Assembly: GCA_964571635.1 (NCBI GenBank)
Contig: CAZNCN010000003.1
Coordinates: 28,007-92,006, forward strand
Direction: 5' to 3'
DNA: 64,000 nt
DNA from: an uncultured Ruminococcus sp.
GTDB lineage: Bacteria > Bacillota > Clostridia > Oscillospirales > CAG-382
This document shows positions 19,013 through 29,026 of the stretch, in pieces. Position 1 is the first letter of the stretch. Every line of letters starts with the position of its first letter. The translations under genes were made by a program, and so were the position numbers. Below the pieces are notes generated by a model that worked only from the letters and a program-made list of their open reading frames with translations, made no database searches and was not told where the DNA came from.

Positions 19013-19918
19013 ATGAGCAGGTTTATAGATATTTCCGACGGCGGCATAGAGTGCCGCATTTTAACCTACGGTGCTGCGCTTGTTTCGTTTAAAAAACACG
19101 GCTTTGACTGCGTGCTCGGCTATGATAATGTCGACGGCTATAAAAACGGCGACTGCTATTTCGGTGCGGTGATCGGCAGGGTCTGCAACAGGACAAGTGA
19201 CGCCGCCGTTATTGTCGCAGGCAGGCAATATGACATATCAAAAAACGACGGCGCAAACAGCCTTCACGGCGGTTTTGTCGGGTTCGACAAGCGAGAATGG
19301 ACGATAAAAAGCTCTTCGCCGTCGCATGTAGCTCTGACGCTTTATTCAAAGGACGGCGACGAGGGCTATCCCGCAGACGTCAATGCATTGGCAGAATATT
19401 ATATTTCAGACGGTATTTTGCATCTGCACCTGCACGCCGAATCAAACCGTCCGACACCGATCTGCATGACGGGACACAGCTATTTTAATCTCGGCGGCTG
19501 CGACGTGAGGCAATACAGCTATATGATAAGCTCTGATACCTACTGCGCACACGACACGCACGGAATATCCTCGCTGCCGACCCCCGTCGACGGCACACAG
19601 TTTGATTTCAGGCAATTCAGCAAGCCGACCTGCGACTGCGACAACCATTTTGTTTTTCGCAAGGCCAGTGCTTTTGCCATTGCCGAAAGCGATATCGCAA
19701 GTCTTAAAATGACGACCGATATGCCCGGAATGCAGTTTTATGACGGCAACTCGATAACCGAGGGAATGCCACTTAAGCACGGCGAGACATCAAAAAAATA
19801 TTGCGGCTTTTGCTTTGAGCCGCAATATGTGCCGTCATTCGCATCAGACGGCATTATACTCTGCACACCGCAAAAGCCGTTCGACTCGCACATTTCATAT
19901 AGGCTTGACTTAAAATAG
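19013..19918 (+). CDS. galM: Aldose 1-epimerase (galactose mutarotase family)
   Basis: Family pattern: GR.CNR, NSLHGG, F..REW, HSYFNL and a C-terminal FCFEPQ. Confidence 0.8.
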   Translation: MSRFIDISDGGIECRILTYGAALVSFKKHGFDCVLGYDNVDGYKNGDCYFGAVIGRVCNRTSDAAVIVAGRQYDISKNDGANSLHGGFVGFDKREWTIKSSSPSHVALTLYSKDGDEGYPADVNALAEYYISDGILHLHLHAESNRPTPICMTGHSYFNLGGCDVRQYSYMISSDTYCAHDTHGISSLPTPVDGTQFDFRQFSKPTCDCDNHFVFRKASAFAIAESDIASLKMTTDMPGMQFYDGNSITEGMPLKHGETSKKYCGFCFEPQYVPSFASDGIILCTPQKPFDSHISYRLDLK

Positions 19919-20319
19919 CAAAAGCAAAGACCGTATATTACAAAACAACTTTCAAAAGTCAAAAAGGCGGTAATGAAATGTTTGAAAACAAGCAGGACTA
20001 TTGTATAGGATACCTGATTGTTGCCGAATATGTGGTTGCATTATCTTCGAACGACTCGATCTCGGTTTTTGTGTCATACCAACCATGTATAGCAAATGTT
20101 TCTTTATGGTCAATTTCATTTCGAAAATTTCCGTTATTTTGTGCGAGTCAAAAAAGCGCATAAGTCGTCAATATGGCGACCTATGTGCTTAAAAAATAAA
20201 CAGCAATCTATGGTTTGCAATTAACCTGTGCGACATGATAAGCACCTCTTTTGATGATATATCGCCCTCAAAGCGTTTCGTCAACAAGGTGCCTGTTTTT
20301 TTGATTTTTTGCTGTGTTT

Positions 20320-21315
20320 TCAGTTGTTTGCGGAAGAATTATCGAGCAGCTCCTTTGCTCGCTCAAAATACTGCCGACGCATACTTTCGGGCGAAACTAT
20401 GTGCATATCCTTGCCGAACTGGAATATCCAGCCCCAGAAGGTCGGTGAAACCTGCACTCTGACTGTTGCAACGCAGGTTTCGCTGTTGATGCGCGACATT
20501 CTGACCTTTTCGCCGAATTTGTCATAGACAGCGCCTATGAGATGGTTTTTAAACCCGAGCTTGACTGTCGTCGGCTCTCCGCCGTACATCTTGAACGCCT
20601 CGTTGGTAAAAATGCCGAGCGCGTCACGCTGTGTCAATGCTTCGCTGCCCACAGGCTCATCAAGCATCGTGACAGAATCCATCCTGTCGACACGATAATT
20701 CGCCGTCTTGCCGTGCTTTGCGCTGTATGCTACGAGATAATAATTATCCTCGTGGAATACCAAACCGACAGGCTCGACAATATATGCTCCGCCGTCCTTG
20801 CGATAATTCTTTTTGCCGTGCTCATCGAGGTCAAAATACCTGAATGAGACTTTTTTCTTTTGATAAAGCGCATCCTCAAGAGAGTCGACGCTGTAATATA
20901 TCAGCTCGTTGCTGTGCTTGCGAGTATTGAACGAAACCATATTCCTGCTGAATATGCTCGCCCTGTGGCTGCCGCCGAGCTCTGCGATTTTTTTGATAAG
21001 CTCGTCGGTCTTTTTTTCGGTAATAAAGCTCGACGCCTGAACCGCATCTATTAATATCTTTAATTCCGGCACAGAAAACGACCTGTCGAGGACATAATAG
21101 CCCTTTTCTTTGCCGACACGCCGCGACAGAACCTCATAGCCCTGTTCGTTGAGCACATCAATGTCCTTGGCAAGCGTGCGCCGCTCGCATGAGATGCCCA
21201 TTGCCTCGAGCCTGTCGATTATGTCGGCAGTCGTCAGCGGATTTTCTTCATCTGTTTCTTGGCAAAGCAGCTCATAAAGCTTGAGCAATTTGATCTTTTG
21301 GCAATTGTCCTGCAT
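20320..21315 (-). CDS. WYL-domain transcriptional regulator (wHTH + WYL + C-terminal WCX-like)
   Basis: The N-terminal wHTH is TTADIIDRLEAMGISCERRTLAKDI. The WYL core is VGLVFHEDNYYLVAYSAKHGKTANYRVDRM. Confidence 0.8.
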   Translation of the reverse strand: MQDNCQKIKLLKLYELLCQETDEENPLTTADIIDRLEAMGISCERRTLAKDIDVLNEQGYEVLSRRVGKEKGYYVLDRSFSVPELKILIDAVQASSFITEKKTDELIKKIAELGGSHRASIFSRNMVSFNTRKHSNELIYYSVDSLEDALYQKKKVSFRYFDLDEHGKKNYRKDGGAYIVEPVGLVFHEDNYYLVAYSAKHGKTANYRVDRMDSVTMLDEPVGSEALTQRDALGIFTNEAFKMYGGEPTTVKLGFKNHLIGAVYDKFGEKVRMSRINSETCVATVRVQVSPTFWGWIFQFGKDMHIVSPESMRRQYFERAKELLDNSSANN

Positions 21316-21599
21316 AAAAACACCTCACACATTTTTAAGGCGAATATACCGAGCGGCGAGAAAGAACATTCACAAAACAAAAAAACAAAAATTGAAGGCA
21401 AAAAAAGATAAACCAAAAAGAGAAAAGCATACAACAACAGCAGAGGCAATGCCGCTCGGTCGCATATCGCCGTTGTATTTTGGCAGGCACGGTCGGCGCT
21501 GACCGCCCTGCCGATGTGTTTATTATACAACAGTACAATGCCTTTTGCAACCTTTGCACAGATCCTATCGGCATCTTGTCACTTTTTTGTGACAGCAAA

Positions 21600-22334
21600 C
21601 TACTTTTTTTGTATTCTGGCAAGCACCTGAATTATGTGCTTATCCCAATAATTCCACGAATGCGTGCCGCTGTCGCTGACAGACTCATACTCGATGCCAA
21701 GCGCATCGAGGTGCGCCTTAAATGAAATATTGTCGTCAAGGCACAGCTCGTCCTCTGTCCCGCAGGGAATATAAAGCCGTGGCAGATCTTTATCCTTTGC
21801 ACGCTCCGCAACGGCAAAAAGATCGTTTTGACTGCCCGAAAACTCGTTCTCATCGCCGCAGGCGGCCTTGACCGTGGCGTGCGTGGAGATACGCTTTTTG
21901 AGGTCGAACGAAGCGGAAAGTGCACCGCAGAACGAATAGCGCTCGGGATATGTGAGTGCCGCTTTCATCGCACCATAGCCGCCCATCGAAAGCCCTGCGA
22001 TATAGTTATCCTCGCGTTCTGACGACAATTGCGGAAAATAGGCGTGCATCAGCCTCGGCAATTCGTCGGTGATATAAGTAAAAAATCTGCCGAAAGCGCC
22101 GTCGATATACCAGCTCGTATATCCGGACGGCATTATGACGCACAGCTTTTCTGTGCCGAGATAGCGTTCGAGCGACGTGCGGCGAGTCCACGCCGTGCAG
22201 TCGTCAGAAAATCCGTGCAACAGATATAGCACGGGGACTTTTTCGCCCTCCTTCAGTCCGTCGGGCATCAATACGACGCACTCGGTCATCTTCATAAGTG
22301 ACAGCGAATAAAAATGCATGTTTATATATGCCAT
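21600..22334 (-). CDS. Esterase family protein (alpha/beta hydrolase)
   Basis: It has the nucleophile elbow GLSMGG, the motif LLHG, and a C-terminal H in GTHSW. Confidence 0.8.
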   Translation of the reverse strand: MAYINMHFYSLSLMKMTECVVLMPDGLKEGEKVPVLYLLHGFSDDCTAWTRRTSLERYLGTEKLCVIMPSGYTSWYIDGAFGRFFTYITDELPRLMHAYFPQLSSEREDNYIAGLSMGGYGAMKAALTYPERYSFCGALSASFDLKKRISTHATVKAACGDENEFSGSQNDLFAVAERAKDKDLPRLYIPCGTEDELCLDDNISFKAHLDALGIEYESVSDSGTHSWNYWDKHIIQVLARIQKK

Positions 22335-22356
22335 GATATTTCCTCTCGATCGTTAT

Positions 22357-23073
22357 TTATTCGGGGTATTTATATCTGCCTCGCAGCTCGGTAGATCTGC
22401 CGCGCTGGATAATATTATTGGGGCAAAGGTTTATGCAGGCAAAGCAGCCTGTGCAATATGGCTTGACCCACGCAGGCTTGCCGTCACGCATGATAATGGC
22501 GTGTGCGGGGCAGGCTTTGACGCATTTGCCGCAGCCTATGCAATCGCCCTTGAGATAAAAGCGCTTTGTCTTGCACGCATAATAGCGATAAGCAGGCTTT
22601 AGCACCTTGGCAAGAGTGCTATACCAAACAGATGCGTTTTGCCTGTTTGATTTTTTGTCTGCTATGGCGCTAAGTGCCGTTTGGATATCCTCATCGGCTT
22701 TGGCAAGCACTTCGGTGCAATCCTTCGGCGGGTCGTAAAGCACTATAAAATTATCGGGCATCGTAATATTGAACACCGCATCTGCCTGTCTGCCCAACGC
22801 TTTTTCGGCGATATTGGCGGCAGAGCCGGCATCACCGCCGCAGGTGGTGATGATATAAACATACGGCGATGCCGACGCATCGATGCTTTTCAAAGCGTCG
22901 AGCATAAGCAATGGTACACTGTAAAAATGCACAGGAAACAATATGCCGAGCGGCTCTTTGACCTCGGACGGCAGGTCGTCAAAGCCCACTCTGACTATCT
23001 TGTCGCCTAATAAATCGCAAGCGGCGCGGGCAACGTGCATGGTGTTGCCCGTGCCGCTGAAGCACAGTATCAT
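22357..23073 (-). CDS. EFR1-family ferredoxin (flavodoxin-like N-terminus + 2x 4Fe-4S)
   Basis: The N-terminus is MILCFSGTGNT. The cluster motifs are CIGCGKCVKACP and CTGCFACINLCP. Confidence 0.8.
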   Translation of the reverse strand: MILCFSGTGNTMHVARAACDLLGDKIVRVGFDDLPSEVKEPLGILFPVHFYSVPLLMLDALKSIDASASPYVYIITTCGGDAGSAANIAEKALGRQADAVFNITMPDNFIVLYDPPKDCTEVLAKADEDIQTALSAIADKKSNRQNASVWYSTLAKVLKPAYRYYACKTKRFYLKGDCIGCGKCVKACPAHAIIMRDGKPAWVKPYCTGCFACINLCPNNIIQRGRSTELRGRYKYPE

Positions 23074-23075
23074 AA

Positions 23076-24047
23076 TCAGCCTGCCGCTTTTACGCCGTTG
23101 TAAGAGCGTGTAATAATGTTGCCATAGAATATTTCGCCGTCCTCATAGCGGACATACGGCATCGCCAAAATGTCTTTGGATGCCTTGTTTTTGAGACCGT
23201 CAAAAGTGACGGTATAAACAAAGGTTTGATATTTTTCGAAGCCCTGATATTTGACATAGCCTGATTTCTCAAGCTTTTCTGCCACGAGCTTGACTGCTTT
23301 TGAGCTCTTGACTATGTTCGAGGCGGTAGCACTCTTGCCGCCAAGGTCGCTCTCGAAAATGACATACATGCCTATCTCGCTGACCTTTTTGCCATCGACT
23401 TTGACGAACTTAGTGCCGAATTTGAGGCTGTCGCCGTCGCTGTTATACTTAGCTCCTATCGCACTGACAGGGTCAACCGCAAGCGTTGAAACGGCATAGC
23501 TGCCGAGTCCGACAAGATAATCAAGGTTTTTATCTGCGGCGTTGTTATCCGCATCGTCGTGTCTGACATAAAAAACTATGTCGCCCTCGACGTTAGCCTT
23601 GACCTTAAAGCCTATCTCTATCTGCAAGCCGCCGTCTTTTATGGCACTCTTGCTCTTGATGTCGGTTATTGCGATATTATAAAAGCCCTTTGTTTCGTCG
23701 AGCCAGTTGAGAATATCCCAGTCTGTCGGCTTAATGATAAATGCCTCCATCTCTTCGTTCGCAGAGTCCTCGTTGGTCTTGACTATCGGCTCAACCTTTG
23801 TCTTGTCGTAGAACAGCTTGAAATCGAGCAGATCAACAGGGGTCTTGACATCAGAAATGCCGACCGTGACCTTGATCTCTTTGCCGGGCTTATATTTTGA
23901 ATCGACGCCTACAACAAGCTTATACTGCGGATCTGACGTTTTGTCGCCGAGCAACGAGCTGTAGTCTGCGCCCGAAACATTCAATCCTATGACACACGCC
24001 GACAGAAGCATGACGGCGACAAGGGCGAATATGACAGATTTTTTCAT
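23076..24047 (-). CDS. Secreted hypothetical protein with cohesin-like N-terminal domain
   Basis: The start is at MKKSVIF with a GGAGG RBS and a signal peptide. The pattern KEIKVTVGISDVKTPVDLLDFKLFYDKTKVEP resembles a cohesin fold. Confidence 0.45.
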   Translation of the reverse strand: MKKSVIFALVAVMLLSACVIGLNVSGADYSSLLGDKTSDPQYKLVVGVDSKYKPGKEIKVTVGISDVKTPVDLLDFKLFYDKTKVEPIVKTNEDSANEEMEAFIIKPTDWDILNWLDETKGFYNIAITDIKSKSAIKDGGLQIEIGFKVKANVEGDIVFYVRHDDADNNAADKNLDYLVGLGSYAVSTLAVDPVSAIGAKYNSDGDSLKFGTKFVKVDGKKVSEIGMYVIFESDLGGKSATASNIVKSSKAVKLVAEKLEKSGYVKYQGFEKYQTFVYTVTFDGLKNKASKDILAMPYVRYEDGEIFYGNIITRSYNGVKAAG

Positions 24048-24167
24048 TTTTATACCTCCGAATGATCTATTTAAAAGCGATCTTAAACGCAAAGCTCATA
24101 CCAAGCTTTTATGACATGATAATACCATTTTTGACGGCGATTGTCAACAATTATAAAGGCGAAGGCG

Positions 24168-24201
24168 CAAAAAATGCCGACGGGAAATTATCCCGTCGGC
24201 A
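24168..24201 (-). terminator. Intrinsic terminator after pfp
   Basis: An 11-bp stem TGCCGACGGGA/TCCCGTCGGCA is followed by a T-run on the minus strand. Confidence 0.8.
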
Positions 24202-24215
24202 AACGCTTGTTATGC

Positions 24216-25472
24216 TTATTTGGAATCTCTTGCGAGAACCTTCTTGAGTTTGACGAATCTGGGCAGGCCGTCCTCTTTCTTGACGTCGACATCGCCCTGA
24301 ATGAGCGGCAGTGCGTAGTCAATATAAAGCTGGTTGAGGCCGTCCTTGGTTTCGTTGAACCATTCTGCGGGAACCTTCTTTTCGGTATTGGCGACAACAG
24401 AGAGGTCCATAAGTGCGATGTTGCACATATATCTGCCGTCGAGATAAGAGCGCTCAAAGCCGACCATCTTGTCGGTGATGCCCTGGGTTGCAAACTCAAC
24501 AGCGGCTCTGCCTGCCGAGAAAGACTCTTCGACGTCGGTAGCCGATGCGCAGTGTGCAGCGCAGCGCTGAAGCAGTGAAAGCTCTATGCCGCGGGTCTTT
24601 GCGCCGGTTTCTTTTCTGAGATAAGCAGCGAGGAACGAAGCGAGTCCGCCGAGCTGGCTGTGGCCGAAGCTGTCCTTGCTCTGAGCGAGGTCTGCGCCGT
24701 ACTCTGAAATATATCTGCCGTCTTTATCCTTGATGCCTTCGCTGACTGCGACGATGCACTTTTTGGTTTTGCCATAGATCTCTTTGACCTTTGCGGTGAA
24801 CTCGTCGAGGTCAAAGACGTTCTCGGGGCAATAGATGAGGTCGGGGCCGCAGCCCTTGTAGGAAGCGAGCGCTGCAGCGGCGGTGAGCCAGCCTGCGTTA
24901 CGTCCCATGATCTCAACGACGGTGATCTGACCTGCGTCATAAACGCGAGCGTCGTGATATATCTCCATCATAGAGGTAGCGATATATTTTGCAGCCGATG
25001 CATAGCCGGGGCAGTGGTCGGTTGCTGCGAGGTCGTTGTCGATAGTCTTGGGAATGCCCATTACGCGGCACTCATAGCCCTTTTTGAGCATATACTTGCT
25101 GATCTTGTTGCAGGTATCCATCGAGTCGTTGCCGCCGTTGTAGAAGAAGTATCTGATGTTGTATTTTTTGAATATCTTGAGTATCTCCTGATAATCAGTC
25201 TCATCCTCGTCGGCATCGACAAGCTTATAACGGCAAGAGCCAAGAGCCGATGACGGGGTCTGCTTCATCAGAGCGAGATTTTCGGGATCCTCTGCGCCCA
25301 TGTCGATGAGGTTGTCATGGATAACGCCGAGAATGCCGTTGAGTGAACCATAGACCTTTGTGATGTTTTCGTTTTCGAGAGCGGTCTTGATGCAGCCGTA
25401 AGCAGATGCATTGATGACCGAGGTAGGGCCGCCGGACTGACCGATGACCGCTGCGCCTTTAAGAGTGCTCAT
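24216..25472 (-). CDS. pfp: 6-phosphofructokinase, pyrophosphate-dependent type
   Basis: The N-terminus GQSGGPTSVINAS, the motifs GGNDS and PKTIDND, and the 418-aa length fit the PPi-PFK class. Confidence 0.8.
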   Translation of the reverse strand: MSTLKGAAVIGQSGGPTSVINASAYGCIKTALENENITKVYGSLNGILGVIHDNLIDMGAEDPENLALMKQTPSSALGSCRYKLVDADEDETDYQEILKIFKKYNIRYFFYNGGNDSMDTCNKISKYMLKKGYECRVMGIPKTIDNDLAATDHCPGYASAAKYIATSMMEIYHDARVYDAGQITVVEIMGRNAGWLTAAAALASYKGCGPDLIYCPENVFDLDEFTAKVKEIYGKTKKCIVAVSEGIKDKDGRYISEYGADLAQSKDSFGHSQLGGLASFLAAYLRKETGAKTRGIELSLLQRCAAHCASATDVEESFSAGRAAVEFATQGITDKMVGFERSYLDGRYMCNIALMDLSVVANTEKKVPAEWFNETKDGLNQLYIDYALPLIQGDVDVKKEDGLPRFVKLKKVLARDSK

Positions 25473-25546
25473 TTTTGATATGTCCTTTCGTTTTCATTAT
25501 TAATCAATTTATCTTATCACATTATCGTCGCAAAATCAACTGTTTT

Positions 25547-27295
25547 TTACGATTCAAACTGGCTGTTATACAGTTTGTGATAGAATCCGCCGTTTTTAAG
25601 CAGTTCTTCGTGCCTGCCCTGCTCAATTATATTGCCGTCCTTCATGACGAGTATCACGTCGGACTCACGAATCGTCGAGAGCCTGTGCGCAACGATAAAC
25701 GACGTTCTGCCCTGCATGAGGCGTGCAAACGCATTCTGTATCTTCATTTCGGTTCGCGTGTCTATAGACGAGGTCGCCTCGTCAAGTATCAGCATAGGCG
25801 GCAGCCTGAGCATTATGCGTGATATGCACAAAAGCTGCTTTTGGCCCTGTGACAACCCATAGTCATCACTTATGACGGTATCATAGCCCTTAGGCAAGCG
25901 CCTGATGAACGAATCGGCATGCGATGCCTTTGCCGCTGCGATTATCTCTTCGTCGGTGGCGTCGGGCTTTGCCATTGCGATGTTTTCACGGACGGTGGCG
26001 GTAAGCAGCCATGTCTCCTGCAACACCATACCGTACGACTGTCTGAGCGAGGCTCGGGTGACATCTCTTATATCCTTGCCGTCAACTGAAATACTGCCGT
26101 CGTCAACATCATAAAACCGCATCAAAAGGTTGATAAGCGTTGTCTTGCCGCAACCTGTCGGGCCGACTATCGCAACTCTCTGACCGGGCTTGACCGACAG
26201 CGAAATATCTGTGAGCAGCGTGCGTGACTTGTCGTATGAAAAACTGACGTTGTCGAGTCTGACCTCGCCGTCAGCCTCGGGTAATATCAACTCGCCATCC
26301 TTTGGCTCGTCCGGCTCATCGATAAGATCGATCACCCTCGTAGCGCAAGCGATAGCGTTCTGAAACTCGGTTATAACGCCAGAGATCTCATTAAACGGCT
26401 TTGCAAACTTGCCCGCATACTGCAAAAGCACCGAAAGGCTGCCGACGCTGAACGCCGCCGCCGTTCCCGCAGTAGCGATACAGGTAAATCCGCCGCAAAG
26501 CACAACTGCCGCATAAACGACTGCGTTGACAAATCGTGTGCTGGGGTTGGTGAGCGAGGAAAAGAATATCGCTTTCAATGAATTTTCCGAAAGCTTATCG
26601 TTAGTCTTGTCGAATATTTTTATTGCATCGTTCTCATAGCCGAACGCTTTGACAGTTCGAATGCCGCCGATATACTCATCGATGACGGCAGTCTGCTCGC
26701 CGCGTGACTCTGTCTGTGCCTTAAAGAAGCCATAGGTGCGTGAAGAAATATATTTTGCCACCAAAAACGACATCGGTGTCAAAATGACGACGACTGCCGC
26801 AATTGTCGGGCTGAGCACAAACATCACGACGAGCGTGCCGATTATAGTCGCTACACCACTGAAAAGGTTTGAAAATCCGAGCAGCAGACCATCCGAAAGC
26901 GTTTCGACATCGGCAATGACCCTGCTGACCGTTTCGCCGGACGGGTGCGTGTCGAGATACGACAATGGCAATCTGTGCAATTTGTTAAATGCATCACGCC
27001 TCACATCACGCATTACGCCAAAAGCTATGCGATTGTTGAGCGAGCCGGATATCCATTGAAACAGCGATGCCGCTCCTGCACACACAAGCCCTCTCACGAA
27101 CAAATGCATCATATATTCGAGGTCGACCTCGCCGACACCGACCATCAGGTCTATCATATCGCCTATGACCATAGGAACATAAAGCGTAAACATGACGGTG
27201 AGTGCCGCACATATTATCGAAAAAACGACTGAAATGCGGTAGGGCTTTATATATCTGAGAATCTTTTTGAGTGACTTGCCTTTCATTTCTTTCAT
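25547..27295 (-). CDS. ABC exporter, fused permease/ATPase (heterodimer partner B)
   Basis: It has six N-terminal TM segments, Walker A GPTGCGKTT, signature LSQGQKQ and Walker B ILILDEATS. Confidence 0.9.
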   Translation of the reverse strand: MKEMKGKSLKKILRYIKPYRISVVFSIICAALTVMFTLYVPMVIGDMIDLMVGVGEVDLEYMMHLFVRGLVCAGAASLFQWISGSLNNRIAFGVMRDVRRDAFNKLHRLPLSYLDTHPSGETVSRVIADVETLSDGLLLGFSNLFSGVATIIGTLVVMFVLSPTIAAVVVILTPMSFLVAKYISSRTYGFFKAQTESRGEQTAVIDEYIGGIRTVKAFGYENDAIKIFDKTNDKLSENSLKAIFFSSLTNPSTRFVNAVVYAAVVLCGGFTCIATAGTAAAFSVGSLSVLLQYAGKFAKPFNEISGVITEFQNAIACATRVIDLIDEPDEPKDGELILPEADGEVRLDNVSFSYDKSRTLLTDISLSVKPGQRVAIVGPTGCGKTTLINLLMRFYDVDDGSISVDGKDIRDVTRASLRQSYGMVLQETWLLTATVRENIAMAKPDATDEEIIAAAKASHADSFIRRLPKGYDTVISDDYGLSQGQKQLLCISRIMLRLPPMLILDEATSSIDTRTEMKIQNAFARLMQGRTSFIVAHRLSTIRESDVILVMKDGNIIEQGRHEELLKNGGFYHKLYNSQFES

Positions 27296-29010
27296 TGCGC
27301 GCCCTCCTTCTTAAACTGCGAATCGTATATCTCGCGATACACCTCGCAGGAGTCGAGCAAAGCGTCATGAGTGCCGATGCCGACTGCCCTGCCGTCGTCG
27401 AGCACGATTATCTTATCACAGTGGGCGACCGACGAGGTGCGCTGCGAAACAATAAACACAGTCGTCTTGAAGTCAAGCTCTCTGAGTGCTTTTCTGAGTG
27501 CCGCATCGGTGGCAAAATCGAGTGCCGAAGCACTGTCATCAAGTATCAACACCTCGGGCTGACCGACGAGCGCACGCGCTATCGTGAGCCTTTGGCGCTG
27601 ACCGCCCGACAGATTTCTGCCGTCCTGCTCGATCTCGGCATCGAGTCCGCCCTTGGCTTTGGCAACATCGAGTGCCTGCGCCGCCTCAAGTGCCTTATAC
27701 AATGCCTTGTCGTCCGCCTCTCTGCCAAAGCAGAGGTTCTCTCGCATAGTGCCTCTGAAAAGCTTTGCTTTTTGGGGAACGATGCCGATCCTGCCTCTCA
27801 ATTCAGCCGCATCAAGACCTCTGACATCTTCGCCGTCGATATAGACACTGCCCTCTGTTGCCAGATAAAACCTCGGTATCAGATTGACGAGCGAGCTCTT
27901 GCCCGAGCCTGTGCCGCCGATGATGCCGATGCTTTCGCCGGGCATCGCCTTGAATGATATGTCAGCAAGCGAGTTATCTCCCGCACCTCCGTAGCAGATA
28001 GAAACGTTTTTAAACTCGACCTTGGCATTTCTGTCGCCCTCGGGCAGCCCTTTTGTGACCTCCTCACCCGTGGGAATATCGAGGAGGTCTGCGACCCTGT
28101 CTGCGCAGGCGACCGACTTTGTTATATTGATTATCAGGTCTGCCAGCTTTATCAGCTCGACAAGTATCTGCGACATATAGTTGTAAAGCGCAATGACCTG
28201 TCCCTGCGTGAGCACGCCCGAATCAACGCCCTTGCCGCCGCTGACTATCAGCACAAGCGTGGCAAAGTTGATAAGCACGAGCGTCACGGGATTGAGCAGC
28301 GCAGAGATCCTGCCGACCAGCTTTTGCAGTCCGAGCAATATTTTGCTCTCGCCGTCAAAGCGGTTCTCCTCTGCCTTTTCTCTGCCGAAAGCTCTTATCA
28401 CCCTCGCACCTGCGAGGTTCTCTTTGGTGGTGAGCAAAACTCCGTCGAGCGCATGCTGCACCTTTTTGTAAAGCGGAATGCACGAAAGCATTATGCCGAA
28501 CACAACGACCGCAAGCACAGGTATCGCAACAGCGAATATCAACGCCGACTGTACATCGATGGTGAACGCCATGATCATGGCACCGAACACCACGAACGGC
28601 GAGCGCAGCAGCAGTCTGAGTGCAAGGTTCAGACCTGTCTGTATCTGGTTTATGTCGCCTGTCATGCGTGTTATAAGCGTTGCAGAGCCGAGCGTATCGA
28701 GCGTGCGATAGTCAAACCCCTGTATATGCTCAAACACAGAATGCCTGAGCTTTGAAGCAAAGCCGACAGACGCCTTTGCCGAATAATACTGCGCCAAAAC
28801 GGTACAGCCGAGCCCCAAAAGCCCGAGCAATACCATCAGAAGCGCCATTTTTAATATATAGCCTTTATCCTCAGCGGGAATGCCGATGTCGATTATTTGG
28901 CTGACGACCAGCGGAACGAGCAATTCGAGAGATGCCTCGAGCAACTTCAGCAACGGGCCGAGGCAGATCTCTTTTTTATAGCCCTTAAGATATTTTGCAA
29001 GTCTTTTCAT
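27292..29010 (-). CDS. ABC exporter, fused permease/ATPase (heterodimer partner A)
   Basis: It has Walker A GGTGSGKSS, signature LSGGQRQR and Walker B VLILDDSAS. There is a 4-nt overlap with the downstream partner. Confidence 0.9.
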   Translation of the reverse strand: MKRLAKYLKGYKKEICLGPLLKLLEASLELLVPLVVSQIIDIGIPAEDKGYILKMALLMVLLGLLGLGCTVLAQYYSAKASVGFASKLRHSVFEHIQGFDYRTLDTLGSATLITRMTGDINQIQTGLNLALRLLLRSPFVVFGAMIMAFTIDVQSALIFAVAIPVLAVVVFGIMLSCIPLYKKVQHALDGVLLTTKENLAGARVIRAFGREKAEENRFDGESKILLGLQKLVGRISALLNPVTLVLINFATLVLIVSGGKGVDSGVLTQGQVIALYNYMSQILVELIKLADLIINITKSVACADRVADLLDIPTGEEVTKGLPEGDRNAKVEFKNVSICYGGAGDNSLADISFKAMPGESIGIIGGTGSGKSSLVNLIPRFYLATEGSVYIDGEDVRGLDAAELRGRIGIVPQKAKLFRGTMRENLCFGREADDKALYKALEAAQALDVAKAKGGLDAEIEQDGRNLSGGQRQRLTIARALVGQPEVLILDDSASALDFATDAALRKALRELDFKTTVFIVSQRTSSVAHCDKIIVLDDGRAVGIGTHDALLDSCEVYREIYDSQFKKEGAQ

Positions 29011-29026
29011 TGTCTTTTATGACCCT

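Noticed and set aside
19952-20192. Three overlapping 60-69 aa ORFs in the AT-rich gap after galM.
   Set aside because: None has an RBS or a recognisable motif, and their composition is non-coding-like. The region is kept only as part of the WYL-flank observation.
21234-21725. ORFs of 73-98 aa in the WYL upstream region.
   Set aside because: They are homopolymer-driven (K- or F-rich), overlap each other on both strands, and lack an RBS.
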